Made by a program: the position numbers and the translations under genes. A DNA stretch of 63,563 nt, counting the filler, from Chrysochromulina tobinii (lineage: Eukaryota), in NCBI GenBank assembly GCA_001275005.1. It is 6 parts of 6 records of this genome, joined end to end, with 100 filler letters (N's around TTAATTAATTAA, not from the genome) between each part and the next. Parts side by side here need not be neighbours in the genome. Positions count along the whole stretch, not along the records: positions 16,339 to 25,623 come from JWZX01000735.1; positions 25,724 to 36,929 come from JWZX01000736.1; 4 more parts are not named here. One strand, given 5' to 3'. The number at the start of each line of letters is the position of its first letter. Within the stretch, counting starts at the first letter, position 1. Below the pieces are notes generated by a model. The model was given only the letters and a program-made list of their open reading frames with translations, searched no databases and was not told the origin of the DNA. Of the stretch, positions 17,707 to 28,386 are shown piece after piece.

Positions 17707-20700
17707 ATGGAGGCCATACGCACCTTGTGCAGCCCGCATCCGTGGGAGGAGGACCCCGCCGTGTTCGCGAGCGCCCTCGGTCAGCTCGCCGAAGTGGCGG
17801 CGATGGCGGACCTCGAGGATGCAAGCAAGCTGAGCAAGGCGGCCCGCGAGGCGGGCGCCCTGCAGCTCTGCTGCGACGCCGTGCGCCACGAGAGCGCGCG
17901 GGTGCATCAGCCGGCGCTCGCGGTGCTCGTCTGCTTCACGACCACGGAGGTCGACCCGGACGCGCACCTGAACCGAGCGATCGTGTCGGCGCACCCGCGC
18001 GGCTTCGAGGGCGTGGTCGAGCGGCTCTTCTCCGACGTGCCGCTCACGGTCGCCTTGGCGTGCGGCGCGCTGCAGAACCTGTGCCGCTCGGACGTTGCGC
18101 ACGTCGCCATGCTCTCCACATGCGGCGGCACCGAGCGGCTTCGATCGCTGACGATGTGCGGCCAGGACGGGATCGCCGTCGCGGCGAATGCATGCCTGAC
18201 GAACCTGCTCGGCTGGCATCGTGCCGCCTCCCGGGTACAGCTGCGATCGCTGATTGCCACTGATGACCGGCCTTTGCATGCAAGTGCTCATCGCAGCGCG
18301 CGTCCGCCTGGCAGGTCCAGCTGCGCTATCTGCGCCACCAGCGGCGCGTCATGGGCTTGCAGCTCAGGCGCATGAGTCATCTGAAGATGACGTCATTACC
18401 TAATTTGGGACGAGCTGCGCCCGCCCTCATCACCCTCGACGGCCAGCCCTCTCTCGCGACGGCCAGCCCGATTGTAAGTGCTCACTACGGCGCCGGGCCG
18501 CCCAGCATGCAAGTGCCCACCACGGCGGCGACGGCCAGCCCGGGCCCACCCTCGGTTTGCATCGCGCTCGTGCTCTTCAACCTTGTCGTGGCGTCGGCGG
18601 ACCAGGCTGAGTACCAGGCTGATGGCGCTCGAGACGGCGCTCGAGGTGGGAACGGTGCCCGGAGCCGATCCATCACGGATCCTAATTTGGGAGACCTCAC
18701 GGATCCTAATTTGGGAGACCTCGCGGATTTTCGAGCAGCACCGCCTCCTCCACCGCCAGCACCTCCTCCGCCGCCACCGCCGCCCGGGCTCCTCGCAGAG
18801 CAGTCGACCATCGCCGCCGCGGCGGCGGAGGCGCAAGCGGCCAGGGCCGACGCCGCAATGCAGAAGGTCGTGGTGGCGCGAGCGGCAGCAGCGGCTACAG
18901 CGGCGGCGGCGGCGGAGGCGGCCGCCGCCGCCGCGTCCACCGAGCCGCATGCCACTCCCAAAAAGGGACTTTCGTTGTTCAAGAGCGCTGGTCGGGCGGC
19001 GCTCACCGCCAATGCGATGCGACTGGAGCAGATACAGCGAGGTGATTGCATGCTGATTGCCTCCCTACTCATCGCCAATGCGATGCGACTGGAGCAGATA
19101 CAGCGAGGTGATTGCATGCTGATTGCCTCCCTACTCACCGCCAATGCGATGCGACTGGAGCAGATACAGCGAGGTGATTGCATGCTGATTGCCTCCCTAC
19201 TTGCATGCGACTGGAGCAGATACAGCGAGGTGATTGCATGCTGATTGCCTCCCTATTTGCATGCAATGCGAAGCGACTGGAGCAGATTCAGCGAGGTGTC
19301 GAGGAGCGGCGGCGTGCGTCCTAAATATGAGTGCATGCTGATTGCCTCCCTACTTGCATGCATGCACAGGAGTCGAGGAGCGGCGGCGTGCGTCCTAAAT
19401 ATGAGTGCATGCTGATTGCCTCCCTACTTGCATGCATGCACAGGTGTCGAGGAGCGGCGGCGTGCGTCCGCCTTGGCGGCCGAAATGTTCCGTCAAGCGG
19501 TGGCGTCGGAGCAGGCGGCGGCGGCGGAGGCGGCTCGCCTTGAGGCTGAGGAGCAAGCGAACGCTCGCAAGGCGGCCTTGGAGGCTGCACTGGCGGAGGT
19601 TTGATGAGCTTATGATGACCAATGATTGCCTCCCTCATCAACTCTGATGATGGCCCCTGATGCCCACATTGATTGCCTCCCTCATCACAGGTGGCCGCGG
19701 AGGCGGAGCGTGCACGCACGATGATTGCCTCCCTCATCAGCTCTGATGCCCACAGTGATTGCCTCCCTCATCACAGGTGGCCGCGGAGGCGGAGCGTGCA
19801 CGCACGGCAATGCATGCGGCGGCTGTTGCCAAGTGGGGAAAGGTAATCGCCTCTGATTGATGCCTCTGCCGGCTGCGCTTGAGTGCCCCTTCCTTAAGTG
19901 CCCCTGAGTGCCTGTATGCCTCGGAGTGCCGCTGAGTGCCCCTGAATGCATCTGAGTGCTTCACTCATTCGCTCGCCGTGGTCGACTGCGGACAGGCCGC
20001 GGCGTTGCAAGAAGCCGAGGCGGCGCGTACTGCGAGCGAGGTCGCTGTGGAACAGGTGATTGCATGCTGATTGCCTCCCTCATCAGAGGTCGCTGTGGAA
20101 AAGGCGCGGCTCCGCGTGGCTCGACGAGATGGCGCGGAGGTCTGATGATACTCTGATGAGCTGATGAGCTCTGAGGACCTACGATTGCCTCCCTCATCAG
20201 GCGCGGCTCCGTGTGCTCGACGAGGTGATTGCATGCTGATTGCCTCCCTACTTGCATGCTGATTGCCTCCCTCATCAGGCGCGGCTCCGCGTGCTCGATG
20301 AGGAGGCTGCACGTGCGACGGCGGAGGAAGCCGCGGCCGAGGCGGCTGCGAGGGCGTCGGAAGCGGCCGCGCGCGAGGCGGCCGCGTCGGCCGAAGCCGC
20401 CGCTGCCCGTGCCGCCGCGTCGGAGGCCAAAGGCGAGGCGGCGCTGATGGCGTCGGAGCTCGAGGCGAGATCGTCGGAGCTCGAGGCGAGATCGGCGGAG
20501 CTCGAGGCGAGATCGGCGGAGCTCACGATCTCGATGGAGCTCCGGCGGGAGGTTGAGCGTCGGGCCGCCGAGGAGCTCGAGGCGTGCCGTTTGGCGGCGC
20601 ACGCGGCGGCGCGCACGCGGCAGGCCGAGGTGAGGAGCCTGATTGCCATTGATTGCCTCTCTCATTGCATGCACGCGGCAGGCATTACGATTCTTTGTGT

Positions 20701-23597
20701 CCCGAGCCCTATTCCAAACCCTCACCCGAAGCAAAATCCTGAGCCTGCCCCCCTGGGCCTTGTGACATTGGGTGATGGCTTCGAAGGAACATGATTGCAT
20801 GCTGATTGCCTCCCTACTTGCATGCCTTCATAGGTGATGGCTTCGAAGGCGAGGCTCGCCGTCGCCGCATCGGGTCGCGAGCGTTTGGAGGAGACCCTCC
20901 GAAGGGCTGAAGGTCAGTTGAGCGAGGCCCAAGCTCAAGCGCAGGCCGACGTCCTGGCGAGGCTGGCGGCGGAGGAGGCGGCGGGGCGTGCGGCGGCGGC
21001 GGCGGAGGCGGCCGAGGCGCGGGCGCTCGCGGCCGAGGCGCTGGTGGTGCGTACGGAGGAGATGACGTCTGATTGCCTCCCTCATCAGCTCTGATGATGG
21101 CCTCTGATGCCCACAATGATTGCCTCCCTCATCACAGGTGCATACGGAGGAGATGACGGCCAGCCGCTTAGCCGCCGCAGAGGAGGAGGCAGCACGTGAG
21201 CCAGCTTCCGTGATGAGCATAAGAGTTTGAATGTGCTTGTGATGAGGGAGGCAATCACTGTGGGCATCAGAGGCCATCATGAGTTTGAATGTGCCTACGA
21301 TCGCCTCTGATGGCCTCCCTCATAAAGCACGGCCGCTGAGGGGCTATCCTCTGATTGCCATGGATGGCCTATGATTGCATCTGATGGCCTCTCTCATCAG
21401 GCACGGCCGCCCAGCTCCTCTGTGAATACGAGACCGCCGAGGCGGAGCGAAGGTGTGAATACGAGGCAGCCGAGGAAGAGCGAAAGCGTTGCCTTGATGA
21501 ATGGGGTGCAAAGATGGCGCAGGCGGAGGCGACGGCGGCGGCGGCGATTGAGGACGCAAACCTGCGTGTGATGGAGGCGGAGGCGGAGGCGGAGGCGCGG
21601 GCCGCGGCGGTGGCGCGAGAGAGTGCGGCTGCAGTCCAAGCAGCGCAGGTTTGATGACCAACTGATGGGCCTCTGATGGTCCCTCTGTTGGGCCTCTGAT
21701 TGGCCCTCTGATGGGCCTCTGATTGGCCCTCTGATGGGCCTCTGATGGCACACTGATGACCAATTGATGGCCCACTGATGACACACTGGTGGCCCTCATT
21801 CTGTTTCCGATCTGAGTGCCTTACGATTGCCATCTGATCGCCACCTTTCTGATTGCCCCCCTCATTGCATGCAGGTTGGCGCGGCCCGCCTGTTGGAGGA
21901 AGGCCTCGCGGCTGCCTGCTGATTGCCACCCTCATTGCATGCAGGTTGGTGCGGCCCGCCTGCTCGAGGAAGGCCTCGCGGCTGCCAAGGCATCGGAGGC
22001 AGCGGCCGTGCAGCATGCAATTGACGAATCCTCAGCCAAAGAGGCCGCCCAAAGCGCGCTCGCAATCGCCTCCGCGCGACACCTGAGCTCGCAAGCGGAG
22101 CTCGAATCTCAAATCGAGAGATTGCGAGCGGAGCTCGAATCTGAAGCTGCAAGATTGCAATCTGAGCTCGCGGAGCGGACGACCGAGGTGGCGCGCCTGT
22201 TCGCAGCCCTGAGCCGTGAACAGCAGGAGTGCCAGGCGCTGCAGGCGAAGGTGCTGCGAGGCGCGCGGCTGGCGTCGGCGCATACGCTCGAGTTGGCGGC
22301 GCTGCGGGGACGGCTCGCGCGGCGCACGATCCAGATGGCGGCCTTGGAGGAGGAGGTACGTGACGCAACCCAAGTGTCACCCGAGTGCCTCTGATGGAGT
22401 CTTGATTTCCTTGGAGGTTTGTGAATGCCACCTAATTGGAGGCACCTGATTGCCACTTAATTGCCACCTGATCGCCACCTAATTGCCACCTGATCGCCAC
22501 GGATTGCGGCCACACACACCGATGTCGAAGAACGGCCTTTGCTTGCATGCACATAGGTGCGAGCGACGCAGCTCGTCCTAAACATGATTGCATGCTGATT
22601 GCCTCCCTACTTGCATGCACATAGGTGCGAGCGACGCAGCTCGTCCTAAACATGATTGCATGCTGATTGCCTCCCTACTTGCATGCACATAGGTGCGAGC
22701 GACGCAGCTCGTCCTAAACATGCGAGATTGCGACGTGCATGCACTCAAGGCGCTCTTGCACGCCCGGGCGTCGCCGCCCACATCCCCCTCTCTCGGGCCT
22801 CATCTCGGCCCTAATCTCGGGCCTAATCTCGGGTCTCATCTCGGGCCTAATCTCGGGCCAGCGTGGTCAACCTCGGCCCCCGCACGCGGCCCGGCGCGTT
22901 CGAGCACAGGCTTGGTCTCAGGTCTCGTCAGCACAGGCATGGTCTCAGGTCTCGTCGAGCACTCGCGCCAAGTCGAGGCCGCCAGAGGCAATCTGTACAC
23001 TCACATGCAATCCCATGCCCTCCGCGGCCTGATGACCGACGCGAGGCCCAAGCCTCCCAACACGGCGCTACACAACCTCCTCGGTGCAGACTCATCCTCG
23101 GATGCTTCCGCTGCCGCCGCCGCCGCCGCTACCGCCGCGCCGGCTGCCGCTGCGTTCATCGCTGTGGACTCGCCCAATACAGCGCTCCAGCCCCCACCGT
23201 CGCTGCCTCGGCTACACGTAGCGCCGCCCCGTGCCGGAGCTGCACCGGAGATCGCGCTCGCAGCAGGTCCAGGCGCCGTACTGGGCGCCGGCGCAGGTCA
23301 CTCATGTGCATGCACCGGGGGAGCAGGTCACTCGTGTGCACGCATCTCGATGGGAGGTTGCATCTCGATGGGAGGGCTCTCGCCGTCATCAAGCCCCCCT
23401 CCCGAGATGCCACCTCCCGAGGAGGAGATGCGTTGGAGATCGCGAGCTCGCCCCCCCGCGCCCGAGCGAGCTCGCGAGCTCCACAGCCGAGCTCGCAATC
23501 TCAACCGAATCTCGATGCTCCTCGCCGACGAGATGCTCCAGGTGGGCGTCGTGGTGGGCAGCAACAAGGAGGACGGCGTGGCGGGCGGCGCCGGCGC

Positions 23598-23633
<36 letters not shown>

Positions 23634-23868
23634 AGTGGGTGTGGGTTTGGGTTTGGGGACAGGCGGTGCCGCTGGCGGCGGAAGGCTCGGAAGCTCGATC
23701 TCGCTGCCTTCCCTCGGATCTCATCCAATCTCGTCCGATCTCCATCGGATCTCGCTACCCTCCGTCGGAGCTGCCCATCGAGTGGGCGAGAGGGTGAGTG
23801 AGCGACTGGCGGCGCGAGAGCGAGAGCGCACACGGCTCCCGCCGAGGCTCCCTAGGCGCAAGGTGTGA
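17707..23868 (+). CDS. Large ARM-like/coiled-coil hypothetical protein, about 11 exons, about 1330 aa
   Basis: Exons read by hand: 17707-18234, 18315-19041, 19444-19598, 19777-19842, 19996-20055, 20279-20629, 20834-21046, 21138-21195, 21401-21648, 21945-22355, 22693-23868 (3993 nt, phases consistent, GT-AG introns). The N-terminus is ARM-like (LACGALQNLC, ANACLTNL) and the middle is an Ala/Glu coiled coil. Exon 2 may hide a further intron. Confidence 0.75.
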
Positions 23869-24112
23869 ACGTGAATGCGCAAGGCTCCCTAGGCGACAGC
23901 AGCAGCGGCCGCGCCGCCGCCGGGGGCGCACTAGGGATCTAGGGTAGACTAGTTGCCAGTCACCACCTTTTTATGCGAACATGCTCTTACTGCGCTGTAG
24001 CGTGTAGGTCTTCTGGCTCTGCTAAATGAGGATATATTGTCTTGTCTTAACCCTAATATTACGACCTTTACCCTGACCCTACTGAACACAGCACGAATTA
24101 TAATTGTCAAGA

Positions 24113-24176
24113 TGTGTGAAGTTGCCCTTGTAAGTAATTGTCAAAATTAGGCAACTTACAAGAGCAACTTCACACA
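24113..24176. repeat. Near-perfect hairpin: 23-bp arms, 1 mismatch, 18-nt loop
   Basis: tgtgtgaagttgcccttgtaagt (24113-24135) pairs with acttacaagagcaacttcacaca (24154-24176). Confidence 0.9.
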
Positions 24177-24416
24177 CACAACAGGAGCACTCCACACAAC
24201 CGAAGTCAGTAGTCATCACAACCCAGGGTGCCTGCCCAGCCAGTCAAGAGTTCACACGCCAGCCAGTTCACACGCCAACGTCTAGACGGAGCATGCAATT
24301 GACGACTTGGTGCTCTCGAGGTCGACTGCTGGTAGACTGGTGCTCTCGAGGACGACTGGTGCTCTCGAGGTCATAATCATGTGTGCACTCGAGTCCAGAG
24401 CACTCTCGACAGCCGC

Positions 24417-25623
24417 TCAACCTAGATCCAGCTGTGTCAGCATCCTGTTCACTTTCCATACCGCAACCAACGCATTGCTGCCATCTGCGCCGAGGCTGTT
24501 GCTGCCCATGCCGAGGTGCTTCAGCGTCGTGTTCGTCTTGAGCGCCACCGCGAGCGCCTTGCCACTCTTCGCGCCGAGCTTGTTGCCACCCAAGTCGAGC
24601 TGCGCCAGCGTCGTGTTCGCTTGGAGCGCCACCGCGAGCGCGCAGCCGCCCGCATCGCCTAACTTGTTGTTCTTGAGGCTCAGCTGCGTCAGCGTCGTGT
24701 TCGTCTTGAGCGCGTCCGCCATCGCCTTACCGCTCTCCGCGCCGAGCTCGTTGCCCCCCAAGTCGAGCTGCGTCAGCGTCGTGTTCGTCTGGAGCGCCGC
24801 AAACATCTTCAGGCCCTCGCCATCAGTCAACTTGTTCTCTCGCAGGCTGAGCGACGCCAGCCCACGCATCAGTTGCGCCACCACAGCGACCATCGTCGGC
24901 CGATCTCCCCCAATGAGCTTCTGGCTCAGGTCGAGCACATCTCCCACCCCGGCCGTCCGCTTCAGCCCCTTGCCAAAGGCGTCGCCCATCTCGCTGCCGA
25001 GCGTGACCGCGTTGGCCCAAAACGCCGGCCATTGCCACGGCGGCGGCGACCCCTCAGGGAGGTGGTACTTGCCCGTGCAGATGGCTCGTGCGGCAAAGTA
25101 CTCTTGGAAGGAGAGGTGCGACGACTGCATCTCAAGCGGCTCGACCTGCAGCAGGCTGAGAAGAGGGAGCCTATCCTGCAACACGCGCTCGCGAACCTGC
25201 GCGACCGCCGCCCGCTCCTCATCCCGCAGCGCCTGGACCGCACCTTCCAGGGCAGGAAGGACCATGCGCTGAAGACGCGGTGCGAACGTTAATGAGCCGG
25301 CCCCGAATGCACAGCACGATGGCGTACGGCCGGCGGCACCACCACCGTCGCCTCCACCATCACCTCGGCTATCACCACAGCCTTCTCCACCTTCGCCACC
25401 TTCACTTTCGCCACCTCCGTCTCCTCCTCTATCACCCCCTCCGTCACGCCCTCCGAGCGCCTGCGCCACGTGCTCGACCGCCACCTTGGCCTCGACCCCC
25501 GCCTTGGCCTTGGCCTCGACCGCCGCCTTGGCCTCGGCAGTGGGCTTACCCAGCCGCGTGCTGTGTACCTTGCCCATCGACTGCGCGACGACGGGCGGTG
25601 CTGCAGCAGCTGCTGCATGGGTG
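24417..25623 (-). CDS. NLRC3-like protein: post-NACHT helical region plus RI-type leucine-rich repeats, 5' truncated
   Basis: HLSFQEYFAA motif followed by 28-aa LRRs (LKTNTTLTQLSLKNNKLGDAGGCALAVA). A probable acceptor lies near 25268 and the upstream exon structure is uncertain. Confidence 0.85.
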
Positions 25624-25723
25624 NNNNNNNNNNNNNNNNNNNNNNNNNNNNNNNNNNNNNNNNNNNNTTAATTAATTAANNNNNNNNNNNNNNNNNNNNN
25701 NNNNNNNNNNNNNNNNNNNNNNN
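25624..25723. other. Artificial contig linker
   Basis: 44 N + TTAATTAATTAA + 44 N. Confidence 0.99.
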
Positions 25724-25779
25724 CCTCCCCCCCCCCCTTCGTACCGTGCGCGTGAGGTGCGCTCCCGCCTTGCTTGCAG

Positions 25780-27414
25780 GCGGAAGACCTTCTGGCGAAG
25801 CTGATGGCGAAGCAGCAGGAGCTCCTACGCATGCGCCAGGCCATCTCCGAGCTGCGCCAGCTGCACGATGGCGAGCCCGAGCCTGCGCCCGCGGCCGCGG
25901 CAGAGGAGGAGGAAGAGGAGAAGGAGGATGAGGAGGAGGGCGCGGAGGATGAGGCGGCGCTGCTGCAGGAGCTTCTGCAGAAGCGCGCGGAGCTGCAACG
26001 CATGCAGGCGGCCATCCAGCAGCTCGAGAGCCTCGGCAGCGACGCATTCTCGGGCATGGGAGGGGCTTATGAGGACGAGAAGGACGAGGAGGACGAGGAC
26101 GAGGACGAGGAGGACGACGACGACGAGGATGAGGAGGGCGAGCCGAAGACGGAAGAGGAGTGGCTCGCCAAGCTGGATGCGCAGCAGCAAGAGCTCGCGC
26201 GCCTGCGGGCGACCATTGCCTCCTTGGCGCCCGTGCCCAAGAAGGAGGAGGATATCGAGGAGGAGGAGGAGATCGAGGAGGAGGATGCAGACGAGGAGGA
26301 GGAGGGCGATCGCAAGGAGCTCGAGGAGATGCTCGCCAAGCTTCAGGCCAAGCGGGCTGAGCTCGGCGCCCTCATGCAGGCCAAGGCCGAGCTACAAAGC
26401 CGCCTCGACGAGGCCTTCGTCAAGACGGCGGCTGCGCCCGCGCCCCCGCCCCCCACCGCGCGTTCGAGCGGTGCGGGCGACGACGAGCTGCGCGCCATCC
26501 TCATGCACCGCCAGCAGGCGCAGAACGCGGTCGAGGAGCAGGAGCGCAAGATTGCGCAGCTCACCGCGCTCCAGGCCGAGCTCCGTGGACGCCTGTCTGA
26601 CCTCCAGGAGGAGGGCGGTGCGGAGAAGGACGGCGGAGCGGAGGAGGAGGAGGAGGAGGAGGAGGGGGAGCCTCAGACGACGGCCGATGCCGATCTCGCA
26701 GAGCGTGTCCTGATGCAGCTCGCTCGCAAGACCGATGAGTGCCAACAGCTCGCAGCCGTCGTCGAGGAGGCGCGTGCGGCCGGCATGGACCCTCAGAACC
26801 CTCGTCTGCAGCTCGCCGAGCGGAGCCTGGCCACGCGGTACCAGGAGATCAAGGAGCTTGCTGCGTTCGCCCACCGCCTGGGCCTCGACCAGGAGGAGGA
26901 GGAGGAGGAGGAGGACTCCCCTCAGACGCGTGCGCTGGTGCAACGCCAGTCCGCTGCTGCCACGTCGTCGGCCAAGGAGGCCTTCGAGAAGGTGCAGCGA
27001 CTCGAGCAAGAGCTCGCGCAGTGCGTCCAGGAGCTGCGCAGTGTCGACGCGAATGCGAGCGAAGCCGTCGCCCGCCACCCAGCCTTCCGCCGCATGCGTG
27101 CAGCCGTCGTCGAGAAGCTCGAGACGCTCCACGCCGAGCTCGTCGAGGCACGCTCGGCCTACGAGAAGCAGGTGACGCAGCAGCGCGCACTGATGGCGCC
27201 GGAAGTGGACGAGGACGAGGACGAGGACGAGGAGCAGCATGACTTGTCGCCCATGTTGCGCGCGGCCCTCGACAAGCTCTGGCAACGGCCGTACGATTGT
27301 CGCATCTTCACGCTGCAGCTCCTTCAGAGCCTCGCCCAGCTCGACGACCAAAGCCTGTGCATGATGACGTCGTGCTTTGCGCGCTATCTCGACAACCATT
27401 CGGAGCCGGCATAA
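25780..27414 (+). CDS. Acidic coiled-coil protein, last exon of a 5'-truncated gene
   Basis: Acceptor ttgcag ends at 25779. A long ORF with alternating coiled-coil and poly-E/D segments follows, ending in TAA at 27414. Confidence 0.75.
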   Translation, partial: AEDLLAKLMAKQQELLRMRQAISELRQLHDGEPEPAPAAAAEEEEEEKEDEEEGAEDEAALLQELLQKRAELQRMQAAIQQLESLGSDAFSGMGGAYEDEKDEEDEDEDEEDDDDEDEEGEPKTEEEWLAKLDAQQQELARLRATIASLAPVPKKEEDIEEEEEIEEEDADEEEEGDRKELEEMLAKLQAKRAELGALMQAKAELQSRLDEAFVKTAAAPAPPPPTARSSGAGDDELRAILMHRQQAQNAVEEQERKIAQLTALQAELRGRLSDLQEEGGAEKDGGAEEEEEEEEGEPQTTADADLAERVLMQLARKTDECQQLAAVVEEARAAGMDPQNPRLQLAERSLATRYQEIKELAAFAHRLGLDQEEEEEEEDSPQTRALVQRQSAAATSSAKEAFEKVQRLEQELAQCVQELRSVDANASEAVARHPAFRRMRAAVVEKLETLHAELVEARSAYEKQVTQQRALMAPEVDEDEDEDEEQHDLSPMLRAALDKLWQRPYDCRIFTLQLLQSLAQLDDQSLCMMTSCFARYLDNHSEPA

Positions 27415-28386
27415 ATGAGAACCGACGCAAACCAACCGTTACATACCAACCGTGTGCCGTCCGGAAAAGCATCGTGCCGAGCTGCACGCAGAGTCGCATC
27501 GTTGCGAAAGCTTGCATGAGATGCGTTGTGGAAAAGACACGCATACTCGCAAGGGTGCGAGGGGAGGGACGTGGTCTTGCTAACAGATCTGCGTCGGGGT
27601 CACGGGGGTCACCAGGAAGACCTGGCATGGTTGCCGTGCGATCATGGCGCTGGACTCGCCAACGAGGCGTCTCGTCAGGTCTTTGGGTTTGGGTGTGAGA
27701 GTGGTTCGAGTTGCCCTCCTGGGCTGATGCGTGCGCGTCCCCGCTGTGACTGTGTGCGCGGCGCCCCAGCGCGGCAGTCGTGACCACATGTCTTCAGGCG
27801 CGTATCGTGTGCCCGGAAGGCGGAAGTCCGGGTGGGATCCGGAGGCCGTGTGGAGGGCTCCGCGGGCGTGAGCGCCCTTGTTCCGCCGCGTTCCGCCCCG
27901 GGGCAAGCTGGGGCATGTCGGATTCGTGTGTGCGTGAGAGCGGTGACCGGACGCTGTGCGCGAAAGCCACGCGAAATCCGGATAAAAACGCGCAGATTAT
28001 TTTTAACGAATCCGGGCGCCGCGGCGCGCGGCGCGGGTCATCCGCGACAATCATCGGCCTCGGCCCTCGCGGGACGCGGACGGGACCCCCGCGGTCGGAC
28101 GGCTGCAACGTCGAACGTGCACTCTGCACAAGCTGCAAGCTCGAACGTAGTATACGATCGGCGTATACGATCGGCGTGAAGACAATTTAAAGACTATAAT
28201 AAGTGACGCACACGCGCGGCCTCCCGCCGCGCCCCGGCGCCCCTAGCCCGCGGGCGGAGCGTCCGGTCACGTGCGCACCGGTCGCGCGCCGTCCTCGAAC
28301 GCGTAATCTATAGGAAAGCAACCGAGACCCGCACGGACTCGCTCGCTCCGGCGGTGTCCTCGCGCGCGGCTGAATGCTGAGCTTGG

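Noticed and set aside
19002..19443. Constant cassette alternating with variable pieces as a CRISPR array
   Set aside because: The pieces between cassettes are copies of the adjacent exons rather than unique spacers, the context is a eukaryotic intron, and no cas genes are present.
23930..24080. CTAGGG and TAACCCTAA words as telomeric repeats
   Set aside because: They are isolated single words, not a tandem array.
15416..27414. Acidic ORF at the end of contig 1 and acidic ORF at the start of contig 3 as one gene, possibly PCM1-like
   Set aside because: The similarity is only compositional, there is no overlap, and the PCM1 resemblance is too weak to call by eye.
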